DNA from: Eledone cirrhosa
Taxonomy: Eukaryota
DNA: 64,000 nucleotides
Direction: 5' to 3'
NCBI GenBank assembly: GCA_964016885.1
Contig: OZ024741.1
Location: forward strand, 273,792,001-273,856,000
Position numbers and translations under genes: made by a program. The stretch's first letter is position 1; every line of letters starts with the position of its first letter. The notes beneath the pieces are model-generated. The model was not told the DNA's origin and made no database searches. It saw only the letters and a list, made by a program, of their open reading frames with translations. Shown here in pieces: positions 12,160-31,224 of this stretch.

Positions 12160-12222
<63 letters not shown>

Positions 12223-13114
12223 ATACAATAACAAAGATAGCTTTAAGCTAAACTCCGACTGGTAACCATCTCACTCAACAAACATTAGGTTATACGTTAG
12301 TATAAACCCAATTTAAGTGTTTGGGGTGCTAACTATATGTATTTTGTGGAAAGCCAGTTGTATTATTTTATATGAGATATAATTAAAGTTAAAATACATC
12401 TCTCTTTCCAAACAATTGTTTCATTATAAGTTTTCTACAAGTTGGGAGAATGTTTCCAGTTTATGTAGAAGCCTAGCATATTTTCATGTAAGAATATATT
12501 TAGGTGGGCACTTATAAATCTTCAGTGGAAGCCCATTAAACTTTGATATAAGAAAAAGAAAATATTTCTTACCGCAGTTAATTTTCGTGTCTGTTAAGTC
12601 GTCCCTTCACGCATCGAATGACCGCCAAATTTGAAATTCCAGCAGTCTTTTGACTGAGGAAGTATCATAGCGTCACGAAGCGGAAAAGGGAGACAACTCC
12701 CAGTCACGAGAAAAATAAAATAATATACACGTGGGTTAATTAGTTTTTTTCAAAAACATTATCAATCCAACGTGTTAAGAACTCAATTAATTTTAAAAAA
12801 ATAAATGTATGCGTGTATTAATTACATACGCATATAGATATTTTCTTAGGGAAAACCAGAGAAGTGAATACCTAAAAACCAACCACATCTCACAACTGCA
12901 ATAAATACGGAAAGTTACGCTTTAAAGGCATTTGGGAATGTAAATCTCTGGCCAAATTAAGAGTAAAATATTTAATACACGCGAGTTAATTAGTTATTTC
13001 AAAACCAATATATATCGTTATATTCCAAATATGTTGTTTTAGTTTCCTAAATGCATGTCTTGCAGTAAACTATTTCATTTAATTTTATATTATAATTTTA
13101 CAATTTCGTTTTTT

Positions 13115-13440
13115 AACAAACCATCACAAACCAACACAACCCATCAGAAAAAAACATCACAAACCATCACAAACCATCACAAATCATCACAACCATCACA
13201 AACCATCACAACCATCACAAACTATCAAGACTATCACAGACCACCACAAACCATCACAAATCATCACAAACGATTACAAATCATCACAAACTATCACAAA
13301 TCATCACAAAACATCACAAACCATCACAAATCATCACAAACCAACACAAATCATCACAAACCATCACAAATCCTCACAAACCATCACAAATCATCACAAA
13401 TAATCACAAACCATCACAAACCATCACAAACCATCACAAG
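13115..13440. repeat. 10-bp minisatellite (ACCATCACAA/ATCATCACAA)
   Basis: About 30 tandem units. Confidence 0.95.
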
Positions 13441-13800
13441 CAAATATGAATTTAATGAATCCTATTTGTAGAAGTACATAAGACAAATCACAATATAAAT
13501 GCAAATGCTTAAGAGATTGCCATCGACTAATGTGAGAAAGTTCTCCAGGAAAGTTAACGAGGAATCTTTAAAAACTCTCCGCACCGAAGTTAACAAACAA
13601 TTTATTAGATCTAAAAAACCAACTTGTAAAATCGTAATATTATAAAATTAAATCAAATTGTTTAGAACTACAAGTGAAGTCATTCTTTTCTTTTTTGTAA
13701 ATATATATATATAAAACGAAGAAAGTGTGGTAAGGAACCAGGTGGACCATAACGCACCAGAGTACTTGAGACTTATGGTAGTAGAGTGGGTAATAGGCAA

Positions 13801-13908
13801 AGAGTTAGGACCCCAACGGCTGAGCTCCGGCATTTCCACAGCTAGATCTGAACTGTTCAGATCTAGCTGTCGAAACGGCCGGAGCTCAGCCGTCGGGATC
13901 CTGACCCT

Positions 13909-13911
<3 letters not shown>
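13801..13911. repeat. GC-rich long hairpin/inverted repeat within a short element in (TA)n
   Basis: GGACCCCAACGGCTGAGCTCCGGC...ACAGCTAGATCTGAAC t GTTCAGATCTAGCTGT...GCCGGAGCTCAGCCGTCGGGATCC. Confidence 0.85.
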
Positions 13912-13967
<56 letters not shown>

Positions 13968-13968
<1 letters not shown>

Positions 13969-15800
13969 TATACAAAGGACAATCAAAGAGTATTTAAAAC
14001 ATTTAATCACTTACGATCGTTTCATCCCAGCACAAGGCCGAAATCATCGAAGTTGATAATAAAGGTCAAACACAAATACATCAAAACTTTGTCACAAGAA
14101 CATTAGGAGGATAGATAATATGGGAGGCTAGATAAGCATAAGTAACAACATTTATATAAGATATAAGATAACAGCGGAGGAAGAGACATAAGGAGGATAG
14201 GAGCATATAAGTGCAATAAAAATTAGGAGCAGATAAAAGCATTAAATTTAAAAAAAAACAAAAACATACTGTTACAGAAAAATTGTAAAATATGTTGCTA
14301 CAGAAAAGTGAAAAACATATATCATAAGCAGTAAAGAAAATTAATAAAATTAATAAGAGGCATGCAATTCAAATATAAATTTAAAACATACATCTAAAAA
14401 AAATATTTTTAATTATGCATTTAAAAAAAGTTCGACTACGTAAATCAGTCATAATGATTATTATTTTTTCCAAACCGTCCAAAAGAGTTAATGTTGAGTA
14501 AATAGAATCACCAAAGTAAAAAAATCAAATATAGATTGAAGTGTTATCAAGACACATCATCCAAAAGAATCACATATTTGAATAGAGGAGACAAATATAA
14601 AAACTCCATCTCAGCATGGAATTTAAAAATAATTAATCCTTAAAAGCCGTTATTACGAAATAAATATAAATATAGGGGAGATAATTCATGTAAGACTTTC
14701 TATATAGAGAGTTACAATATATTAATTAGAAAGATTTAGTATTTAAAGATGTATCGACTTAAAAAAAACACATTTGGAGTAGGGTGGCTAATGATTGTAG
14801 AACTAAAGAATTTTGAAAATTAAGTTTACAAAATAAAGAAAAAAAACTATGTATACTAAAATGCTAAGTTATTAAAAAAATGTTAAGCAATATTAAAGAA
14901 TAAAAAGTTATATTAGTTAATTATACGAGTATTGAAAAGATATTTAGAAAAATGAAGTGTGAGGCAATGGTTATTACATATAATATTAGCAAAATTAAAT
15001 ATAAGTGGGACTTGTTTGGAAACAATGTAATAATAAGTTGCCTAAATATAAAGGGGTGATTATAATAAATTGAAATCGCAACAGAATGTTCATTCCAGGT
15101 CAGAGTATAAGGTGTATTATTACTCTTCAAAAATGATATAAAACTAGATAAAGAAGTTGCATGCTTAAGCTTAGAGTTCTTGAAAGTATGAAGATGGGAA
15201 GAATTATACCTCGTCTTAAAACTATTCGAAGTAGAACCGATAAAGGTTTTGGAGTTGGTGGGAGTGGTGACTGTACAGGAATAAACAATATTCTTAACGA
15301 GGCAATTTCTATTAAGAGGGCATACATTATTAGGTCTACAATTACAGTTATGGTTAAGCAGTTTTTTGGAGTAAAGGTTTGAAGAGTTATTAGAATTAGA
15401 TATATGAGTGCTAAAATTGCTATTAATATTTCTATAAGTCTTAGATATTAATGTATTATGAGAGTGGTTACAACTATTATTACGTACAATATTGTTAAGC
15501 GTATCTACTGGTTCTGAATTGTTATTTAAGTTGTAAGAAGTAAAATATTTATTAATTTTCTTGTTATTACTACTCGGTGTGTCATTAGCAATGTTATGTG
15601 TGGTAGAATAAGAGATTTTAATGGTATTTTTATTAATTAAATTATGGTATTTGTTATTAAGTGGGAAATATTTTTCAATAATAAAGAAGAATACTGTAGG
15701 TATATTAGTAGAAACATTTAAGTTGAAAGGCGGATTAAAATATGAATTAAGCCTTCGTCTATTCTGTTTATTTTTGTTACTAATAATTGATATACATAAT
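13968..15800 (-). mobile_element. Degenerate AT-rich Penelope-like element
   Basis: ORF 14921-15817: YFNPPFNLNVSTNI...IKISYS...CNCRPNNVCPLNRNCLVKNIVYSCTV...FIGSTSNSFKTRY..H (PLE linker + GIY-YIG); hammerhead-like motif at the 3' end. Confidence 0.82.
14009..14053 (-). ncRNA. Hammerhead variant (TCGATGA core)
   Basis: ACT-TCGATGA-TTTCGGC cttgt GCTGGGAT-GAAA-CGATCG-TA-AGT. Confidence 0.55.
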
Positions 15801-15912
15801 TGTATATATATATACAATTATATATATGTATATATATATATATAACCACAGTAAGTAAGGTATTCAATACATAGCAGAGTATAAATATTTAATATAGAAA
15901 TGGCTTTTACAG

Positions 15913-15952
15913 GTCTATAACTGTTTCATTCGGGAGAAATCATCAGATTAGC
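15913..15952 (-). ncRNA. Minimal hammerhead-like motif in a short solo element
   Basis: CTGATGA-TTTC tccc GAAT-GAAA-CAGT-TA; stem I is weak. Confidence 0.5.
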
Positions 15953-15984
15953 TTACTGTGGTTACTCCCGATTGAACCAGGGAT

Positions 15985-16054
<70 letters not shown>

Positions 16055-16059
16055 CGTTA

Positions 16060-16630
16060 TAAATAACGGGATTTTTTTGTTCATCCAAAAAACATTTGAT
16101 GCGTTTGGAAAACCAAAATAATGAGTCTGGGATCAGTATGAAATTAAACTAGATACAAAGATTATGTTATGCCCTGCTTTAGTCTTGACCTCATTTCTCT
16201 ACTGCTCTGAAACATGGACTACACATGCGTGACGTATAACGGCTTTGGAAATATTTCATCGGAAGTACTTCAGAAACATTTCTCTAGATCTTTCACTTCC
16301 GATACACTTTTTCTCAAGAGATCAAATTTAAGTATGATCAAATTTAAGTAATGATTATGCTTAGTTACCTCAGATTGTCAGGTCAGCATGTTTATCTTTC
16401 TGATAGCCGCATTCCTAAACAACTTTTCTACGATGAACTAAATCTAGGGAAAACACTGCACCACAAACCATGGAAACGATACAAAGAGACAACGACGATA
16501 AAAAGACGATGAAAGTGAAAATAAATTGAAACAACTGGGATAAAGAAGTTTACGATAGAATAGGTTGGAGATGCAAAATAAAGCAGAGTGCGAATAATTC
16601 TGAAGAGGAACGTGTGAGATATACCGAACT
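16060..16630 (+). mobile_element. Decayed RTE-clade LINE 3' fragment
   Basis: FLYCSETWTT..ALEIFHRKYFRNI and later SRIPKQLFYDEL, typical of the RTE ORF2 C-terminus. Confidence 0.7.
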
Positions 16631-17171
16631 TAACAATTACAGATATCTTTCAATAAAATGAGTGATAAATACTTTTAAAAAATTACGGCAAGAAATAAAG
16701 ACAACGGACTTTGTATGTAAATGTCCAACATATTAATACTATGGCGAGAAGAGAAATTTAACTCTCGTCGAGTAGATATGATTGGGTTACGGAGCTTAAG
16801 AAAAGTCCTAAGAGATCCGTAAATTTTTTTTGTCAATTCTATGTTTGTTATCGTCTCTCATGTATCTTATCAACAGATTGGTTATCCAATCTGTTGCGTA
16901 AACTAGTACAAGTGCAGTAGCATCATAATGCACGAAACTGCACTGCAGCAAGGTGGTTGACAAGGGAAAAATGCAGTTGTCCGTTCGTCTAATGTAACTG
17001 TGTATTCAGTGGGGAGTGTGAGGTTTGGTGGGGGGGGGGGGGGCTGATTGCTAATGAAAGCAGGAGTGGGCTATGAGTCAGGGGTGGTTGTGTAGTTGGT
17101 GTGAGAGTAGCCAAGTCTGAAGAGTTGAAGTGCTCTTATTAGATACTCTTGGCCAAATCTTGGAGTGTGTT

Positions 17172-18120
17172 GGACCACCACCACCACTGCCGCAAGCACC
17201 ACCACCACCACCACCACCACAACTGTCAGCACCATCGGCACCACCACCACCCCGGCCATCACCGTCAGCACCATCAGCAGCAGCACCACCACCACCCTCA
17301 GCATCAACAACACCATCACCCTCACCAGCACCAACAACACTAACGACACGCCACCACAACCACCACCACCAACACCACCTCCACCACCACCAACACACCA
17401 TCACCACCACCACCAACAACAACAACAACACCACCATCAGCACCCTCTCCATCGCCACCACCATCACCACTACCACCATCATCACCACCATCAACACCAC
17501 ACCACACCACCTTTCAGCATCAACAACACCATCACCCTCACTACCACCACAACCAACAACAACACCCCACCACCACCACCACTTCAACACCCAACACCAA
17601 CAACAACAACCACAACATGACCAATAGCACCAACAACATCAAACACAACAAAAACAACTACAACATCAACAACACCCCACCACCACCACCACCACCACCA
17701 CCACCACCACCACCACTTCAACGCCCAACACCACCAACACCACCAACAACAACTACAACATCACCACCACCACCACCACCACCACCACCAACAACAACAA
17801 CTACAACATCAACAACACCCCACCACCACCACCACCACCACTACCACCACCAACAACAACTACAACATCAACAACACTCCACCACCACCACCACAACCAC
17901 CACCACCACCACCACCACCACTACCACCACCAACACCACCAACAACAACTACAACATCAACAACACCCCGCTACCACCACCACCACCACCACCACCACCA
18001 CCACCAACACCACCAACAACAACTACAACATCAACAACACCCCGCCACCACCACCACCACCACCACCACCACCACCAACAACAACTACAACATCAACAAC
18101 ACCCCGCCACCACCACCACC

Positions 18121-18152
<32 letters not shown>

Positions 18153-18787
18153 CTACAACATCACCACCAACAACACCCCACCTCCACCACCACCACCACC
18201 AACACCAACAACAACAACTACAACATCAACAACAACAACACTACAGGATATATTCTATCTTCTGACTTGAATGTCTCGATATGTTTCAAGCTGTATTTTG
18301 TTGCTGCTTTTCTGATCATTATTCTGAGGAAATTACTGAATTACACCATTTTGTGCTGCCCTCAAATCTCTCTCTCTCTCTCTCTAACTCCCTATACTCT
18401 TTCTCTACCCACTCTCTCTGTCTCTCTGTCTCTCTGTCAGTCTCACTCTCTTTCTCTCTCTCTCTCTGTCTCCCCCCCCCCCTTCTCACTCTCTCTCTCA
18501 TTGGTTCTTTCCCACACACTCTTTCTCAATCTCACTCTCTATCTCTCACTCTTATTGGCTCTTTCACACACAGTCTTTCTCTCTCTCTTTCTCATTTTCT
18601 CTCACTCTTTCTCTCTCTCTCTAACATTGGCTCTTTCACACACACACTCTCTCTCTTTCTCAATCTCTCTCTCACACACTCTCTATCTCTCTCTCTCTCT
18701 CACACACTATACTCTTTCTCTATCCCCCTCTCTTTGTCACTCTCTCTCTCCCTCTTTCTCTCTCTCTATCATTGGCTCTTTCATACA

Positions 18788-18839
<52 letters not shown>

Positions 18840-19950
18840 AACTCTCTCTCTCTCATTCTCTCGCTGTATCAATCTCTCTCCCTATTTCTCTCTCTCTCTC
18901 TCACTCACACACTCTCTCTCTCTCACACACACACTCTCTATCTCACTCTCTCTCTCTCTGTCTCTCTTTCTTTCTCTATTTCTCTTTCATATTCTCCCCC
19001 TCCCTCTCTCTTCCTCGTTTACCCTTTCTTGTCCCCCCCCCCCCGTCTCTGCCTGCCTGACTGCATGTCTCTCTATCTCTTTCGCTCATTCCACCACCCG
19101 CCATACATACACCATTACACTACCAACACCACTACTACACACCTCCACTACCATCACCACCACCACTACAACACACCACCACCACTACAGACCACCGCCA
19201 CCACCACAAACACCACTACAACACGCCACCATCATCATTACCCCTACTACACACCATCACGACCACCACCATTACCTGACCCTAACCTAACAACACTACC
19301 ACCACCACCACCACCACTACACCCCACACCCACCATCACCACCACCACCACCACTATACATCAACACCACTACCACCACTACCACCACTACCACGACCAC
19401 CACCACCACCACTACACAACACCACCACCACCACCGCAATTATACACCAACACCATTACCATCACTACCAACACCACCATCACTACACCCCACCATCATC
19501 ACCACTACCAACACCACCACCACCATATCTACACCACCACCACCATATCTACACCACCACCACCACCATATCTACACCACCACCACCATATCTACGCCGC
19601 CACCACCACCACCACCACCACATCTACACCACCACCACCACCATATCTACACCACCACCACCACCATATCTACACCACCACCACCATATCTACGCCACCA
19701 CCACCACCACCACATCTACACCACCACCACCACCACCATATCTACACCACCACCACCATATCTACGCCGCCACCACCACCACCACCACCACCACCACCAC
19801 CACCACCACCACCACCACCACCACCACATCTACACCACCACCACCACCACCATATCTACACCACCACCACCACCACCACCACCACCACCACCACATCTAC
19901 ACCACCACCACCACCATATCTACACCACCACCACCATCACCACCACCACT
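17172..19950. repeat. Low-complexity block of (CAC/CAA)n, (CT)n and (CAC)n
   Basis: Direct inspection. Confidence 0.93.
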
Positions 19951-20086
19951 ATGCAATCCTATTATTTGTTCGTATCAGAAAGGTTTTATGAGAGCTGATT
20001 GGTTGTGTGAGTCAGCTTAATATACAGCCAGCTCCGACATTGATTTTTTCCCTTGCAACCGATCTAGAGGGGACTCTCGTAATGAT

Positions 20087-25300
<5,214 letters not shown>

Positions 25301-25529
25301 ACTTCAGTTACACGTGTCCTTTATTAAGTCTATAGAATGTGGTGTAAGTCAGCATTCCACCATAAAATGGTGGAAGCTCTCCATTCACCATCTCATTAGA
25401 GTGTTATAACATACTTTTATTAAACCGTTTTTCCAACTGATTTCTCGTTCGATCCTCAAAATCCTACTTCGTTTCCTTCTCTACATTCTATACAGGCAAT
25501 AAATATACTGGCTGCTTATTTCTCCCCAC

Positions 25530-26240
25530 ACTTCCACACCTCCTGAGCCTCACCTCACTTCCACAATACCACAGCACCACATCTCCAGAGCCTTACCTCA
25601 CTCCTACAGCACCACAACACCGCACCTTCAGAGCTTTACCTCACTTCCACACTAACACCACACAACACCTCCAGAGCCTTACCTCACTTCCACATTACCA
25701 CACTTCCAAACTGCCACAACACCACACCACCAGAGCCCTACAACACTTCCACACTACCACAGCACCTCACCCCCACAGCCTTACCTCACTTCCACATTAC
25801 CACAGCACCACACCCTCAGAGCCTTACCTCACTTCCACACTACCACCACACAACACCTCCAGAGCTTTACCTCACTTCCACATTACCACAACACCACCCC
25901 TACAGAGCTTTACCTCACTTCCACATTACCATAACACCACATCTCCAGAGCCTTACCTCACTTCCACATTACCACAGCACCATACCTCCAGAGCCTTACA
26001 TCACTTCCACATTACCACACCACCACACCACCAGAGCCTTACCTCACTTCCACATTACCAGAACACCACACCACCACAGCCTTACATCACTTCCACACTG
26101 CCACAACACCAAACTTCCAGAACCTTACCGTACTTCCACATTACCACAACACCACACCACCAGAGCCTTACCTCACTTCCACATTACCACAACACCACAC
26201 CCCCAGAGCCTTACCTCACTTCCACACTGCCATAGTTCCA
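25530..26240. repeat. 43-bp minisatellite
   Basis: AGAGCCTTACCTCACTTCCACATTACCACAGCACCACACCTCC, e.g. at 25947 and 25990. Confidence 0.92.
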
Positions 26241-26279
26241 CATCTCTATATCTCCACACTGTCACAGCTCATCCTTGTC

Positions 26280-27920
26280 ACGCCATCACGCTTCCACACA
26301 TCCACAGCTCCACACTACAACACCTCCACACTACCACAGCGCCAGACTACCTCACCTCCCTAATGCCACACTTCCACACCACCACACTTCCACACCCCCA
26401 CGCTTCCACATCTTCCTACTGCCTCACTACCACAGCTCCACAATACCACAGCTCCACAATACCACAGCTCCACACTACCACAGCTCCACACTGCCACATC
26501 TACACACTTCCACAGCTCCATACTACCATATCTAAACACTACCACACTTCCACACTCCACGTTTCCACATTTCCCCACTGTCACACTGCCACACCTACAC
26601 ACTACCACAGCTCCACCCTACCACAGCTCCACACTACCACACCTACACACTACCACACCTACACACTTCCACAACACCACACTACCACAGGTACACACTA
26701 CCACACCTTCAGACTACCACAGCGCCACACTACCACAGTTCCTCACTGCCACACATACACACTACCACATCTACACACTACCACATCTACACACTACCAC
26801 AGCCCCACACTGCCACACCTACACACTACACCAGCTCCACACTACCACAGCTCCACACTGCCACACCTACACACTATCACAACTCCACACTGCCACACCT
26901 ACACACTACCACAGTTCCACACTACCACACATACATACTACCACATCTCCACACTACCACACCTACATACTTCCACAGCTCCACACTGTCACAGCTCCAC
27001 ACTGCCACAGCTCCACACTGCCACATCTCCACACTACCACAGCTCCGCACTACCACCCCTTCACACTACCACAGCTCCACACTGTCACAGCTCCACACTG
27101 CCACAGCTCCACACTGCCACATCTCCACACTATCACAGCTACACACTACCACAGCTCCACACTACCACAGCTCCACACTACCACACCTACACACTACCAC
27201 AGCTCCACACTACCACAGCTCCACACTACCACACCTACACACTACCACAGCTCCACACTACCACAGCTCTACACTACCACACCTTCACACTACCACAGCT
27301 CCACACTGTCACAGCTCCACACTACCACACCTACATACTTCCACAGCTCCACACTGTCACAGCTCCACACTGCCACAGCTCCACACTGCCACATCTCCAC
27401 ACTACCACAGCTCCGCACTACCACCCCTTCACACTACCACAGCTCCACAGCTCTACACTACCACATCTTCACACTACCACAGGTCCACACTGCCACACCT
27501 ACACACTACCACAGCTCCACACGGCCACACCTACAGGCTACCACAGCTCCACACTGCCACACCTACACACTACCATAGCTCCACACCGCCACACCTACAT
27601 ACTTCCACAGCTCCACACTGCCACAGCTCCACACTACCACACCTACACACTACCACACCTACATACTACCACAGCTCCACACTTCCACAGCTCCCCACTA
27701 CCACACTACCACACTGCCACAGCTCCACACTACCACACTACCACACTACCACACTACCACACCTTCACACTTCCACAGCAACACCCTGCCACAACTCCAC
27801 ACTGCCACATCTACACACTACCACAGCTCCACACTACCACACCTACACACTACCACAGCTCCACACTATCACAGCTACACACTACCACACCTTCACACTT
27901 CCACACTTCCACAGCTCCAC
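26280..27920. repeat. 8/16-bp minisatellite (CCACACTA-CCACAGCT)
   Basis: Direct inspection. Confidence 0.93.
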
Positions 27921-28144
27921 TCTACAAAAAAAGAAATGAAATAGAAGGAAAAAATGAAGCAAAATAAGAAAGAAATAAGATAAAAGGAGAAAAACAATGA
28001 TTTAATCATTCTCTAGCGTCCATGTCTTGGAAGATCTTGGTTATGGTTGGTAGATGTCCTTGACAATATATTGCACCTACAATATTGGGAGTTCTTTAAA
28101 AATACCAGCTTTAAAATATTCTTTCTCTCAGACTCTACTTTCTC

Positions 28145-28720
28145 ATCACTGCACTTCCACACTTGCACACTTCTGCATTTGCACACCTATGCACCTGCAC
28201 ATTTCTGCACTTGACACCCCATGCACTTGGACACACCTGCACTTATACACTTCTGTACTTGCACATCTCTGTCCTTACACACCTCTGCACTAGTACACCT
28301 CTGCACTTGCACACAACTGCACGTGCACACCTCTGTACTTGCACATCTCTGTACTTGCACACCTCTGCACTTGCACACCTCTGCACTTGCACACCTCTGC
28401 ACTTGCATACCTCTGCACTTGTACACCTCTGCATTTGCACACCTCTGCACGTACACACCTCTGCACGTACACACCTCTGCACTTGCACACCACTGCACGT
28501 ACAAACATCTGCACTTGTACACTCTGCACTTGCATACATCTGCACTTGCAAACCTTTACACTTCCACATTTCCATGTTAATAATTCCGCATCTCTGTATT
28601 TCCATATTTCCACATCTCTGCACTTCAACACTTCCCTATCTCTGCACTTTAATATTTTCACATTTCCACACTTCTTCATCCCGGCATTCAATACTTCCAC
28701 ATCTTTGCACTTCCACCGTT
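28145..28720. repeat. 16-bp minisatellite (GCACACCTCTGCACTT)
   Basis: Direct inspection. Confidence 0.9.
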
Positions 28721-29109
28721 CTACACATACACACACACATATATATATGTAATTAATTAATTAATTGTTTATTGATTGATTCATTATTTGTTTGTTTGAT
28801 AACCTCGTCGAGAGCTTGAATTCCGAGGCTGTGAATTGATTCCTTTGTTCACACTTTGAATTTACCCGCCAAAAGCCCAGATCTGATACTCCTTCATTCT
28901 TTGAGAAAGAACACATGACTCCGCTGCTATAGTTGATACTATAGTGATTCGCAGCGGTTACATCACACCGAGCAGTTGGTAAACAGAACAAAATGCCTGT
29001 TGAAAAAGTGAATCCGCGTTCGATCTTTGATACAGTATTGACTTGCATATTGCGCAACTTTGACTGTTGATTCAAATTCACAGAAACCAATCGAAGATAT
29101 TTTATAATA

Positions 29110-29292
29110 GAATTGTTTCTACATTTAGCACCAGGCCAGCAATTATCACAATGTATTACTGGAGCTTTATTTTATCGACCCCGTAAGGATGAAAGGCAAA
29201 GTTAACCTCGGCGGGATTTGAACTCAGAAAGTAAAGGGCCGTAACTCTATGCTACAAAGCATGGCGTCAGACCCTCTACCGATACTGCCAGG
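29110..29292 (-). mobile_element. Nin-domain SINE
   Basis: Reverse complement of the 7259-7447 family. Confidence 0.88.
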
Positions 29293-29961
29293 TCCAGGTT
29301 CGTATTAACTTGTTTGTATTTTCGTTGTTTTAGTGGCTCTCGTGGCATTCTTTACCTAGCCACAGTTTTCAATTTGTCACACCTTTAACATATGTATATT
29401 ATTCTGATATTTAACCCTATCGATTTATCGATATCATCTTATTGAGTGCTCGTGTAAGGTTCTGAGATTCGTTCTTTGGAGAGATGCTAGCCATAGCTGC
29501 ATCTTCGATTTTACTCAATATCATTGTTATATATATATATATATATAACAATGATAGTGAGTAAAATCGAATATGTAGCCAAGTCATGCTGACATGAAAG
29601 TCAGCATGACTTGGCAAGCTAATTAGAACACTGGATTAACCCCTTTACTTCCCTCCGAAGAAGAGATATTATCTCGAAAATTAAGGATATTTAAATAAAT
29701 TTAAGGTAAAAGACTAATTGTCAACAATATCTTTTGCATTTGCATTTATATTCTATATACATACCTGCATTGTCTTGGCCTTCCAACTCAAAACATATAT
29801 ACCTCAATAGGCAATGCTTCAAGTAAACTACAATTTCCTCCTATATATATATATATAGTAATAATAATAAATGTGAAGACTAAAATCCAAAGAGGGCTCG
29901 ATAAGGATAAATATATAACAAATATATAAGAACCCTAGAGCAAATATTTTTTAAAATAACC

Positions 29962-30071
29962 GATATTAAAGTTTAAGCAGAGAATCACTGCATACACCCT
30001 TAACGAATTTTTTTTCTTTTTAGTTTCAGAAGATCCCGTTAAGGGTGTAAGCAACGATTATTTGCTTAAAC

Positions 30072-30107
<36 letters not shown>

Positions 30108-30120
30108 GTTTAAGCAAATA
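29962..30120. repeat. Foldback element with a TATTAAAGTTTAAGCA terminus present three times
   Basis: 29962-30005 is inverted against 30037-30080; a related sequence lies at 58776-58825. Confidence 0.7.
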
Positions 30121-30121
30121 A

Positions 30122-30315
30122 ACTGAAGAGGTCACAGAATGTGTGACGAAAGAACTTTGACAATATATGAACAATCGTCTGGTTGTGGAACCAACCAACC
30201 AACCGGAAATTTATAAATTCCTAAATTTATAAATTTAATTTATAATAAATTGAAGTGAAAGCAACTGGTGCGTGTGTTTCTTATTGGCAACATGACCCTC
30301 CCAAAGCATAACAAT
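30122..30315 (+). mobile_element. Solo pseudo-LTR of the PLE at 1-1720, starting at the hammerhead core
   Basis: CTGAAGAG-GTCACA gaatg TGTGAC-GAAAGAACTTTGAC...TGGTGCGTGTGTTTCTTATTGGCAAC. Confidence 0.85.
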
Positions 30316-30610
30316 ATCGGTTTCAACACACGTTTTCAGATAAAGAATCTTGCTAAACAAATTCAGAAACGAAATATATATATATATATATATATATGAG
30401 ATAACAAATTATCGTTATAGGTAATCCAGTTAGAGGTTGTGAATACTCCGTATTGTGGATAGTTTTAGCGTACGGCGTTGTTTGACTCAACAAGAGGTTT
30501 CCTAGGTAACGAGTTTGTGAGTTCTCGGGAAATCCTACGCAGGTTAATCTTGGAGTAATAATAGTGAAAGAATGATGAATAACATGGTCAACAGTACAAA
30601 AAGGGTTTTA

Positions 30611-30730
30611 ATTACAGTATTAACAATTGTTTCATTGATTAAGTTGTCTAAAAGTTGCTAATCACTTGAAGTTGTGTCACTCAATTTTAAATACAATGTA
30701 TGCTTAAGCCAATCATCAGAAACTGATTAA
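30611..30730 (-). ncRNA. Hammerhead motif with a stem II domain of about 80 nt
   Basis: CAGTTT-CTGATGA-TTGGCTTAAG...CTTAATCAAT-GAAA-CAATTG-TT-AATACTG. Confidence 0.65.
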
Positions 30731-31224
30731 AATTATATACGGCAATTGTAATATACTAGGAAAATTCAAGTTACAACATCAGTAATAAAGAAAAAAAAGA
30801 CAAAAAGAAAAAGAGAGAGAGAAAAAGAAAGAAGAAAAAAGAGAAAAAGAAAAAAGACAAAGAAAAAGAAATAATAATAAATAAGTTAGAATGAAGATGA
30901 TAAAAAATAAATAAAAAGATTTTATGTGTGCGAAGAAAAGTGAACATAATATGATTGTTGAAAATAGTTGTGGTGTTGGTGGTTAAAATATAAAGATGTG
31001 ACGTTATAAACATGAAAATACTAAATATATACATATATGTATTGGTTAAATTAATAAATTAATAAATTAATAAATTGGAAGTTATGTTAGAAGTGAAGAG
31101 ACTACGATAGGATATAATGTAAGAGGCGAAATAGATTTAGGGAAAGAGTGTAAAATAAAGAAAAGTTAGGAGGTTATGATGTTGATTCATTGATTAGTTG
31201 ATTTATTTGATTTATTGACAGTTA

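Larger units (their letters stand above)
11748..12166. mobile_element. Foldback pseudo-LTR-like element: about 170-bp inverted arms centred at 11919 plus a unique tail
   Basis: 11748-11918 is the reverse complement of 11920-12090 with scattered mismatches; embedded in (TA)n. Confidence 0.85.

Noticed and set aside
26363-27967. 534-aa His/Thr/Pro ORF
   Set aside because: Translation of a C/A-rich minisatellite that lacks stop codons by composition
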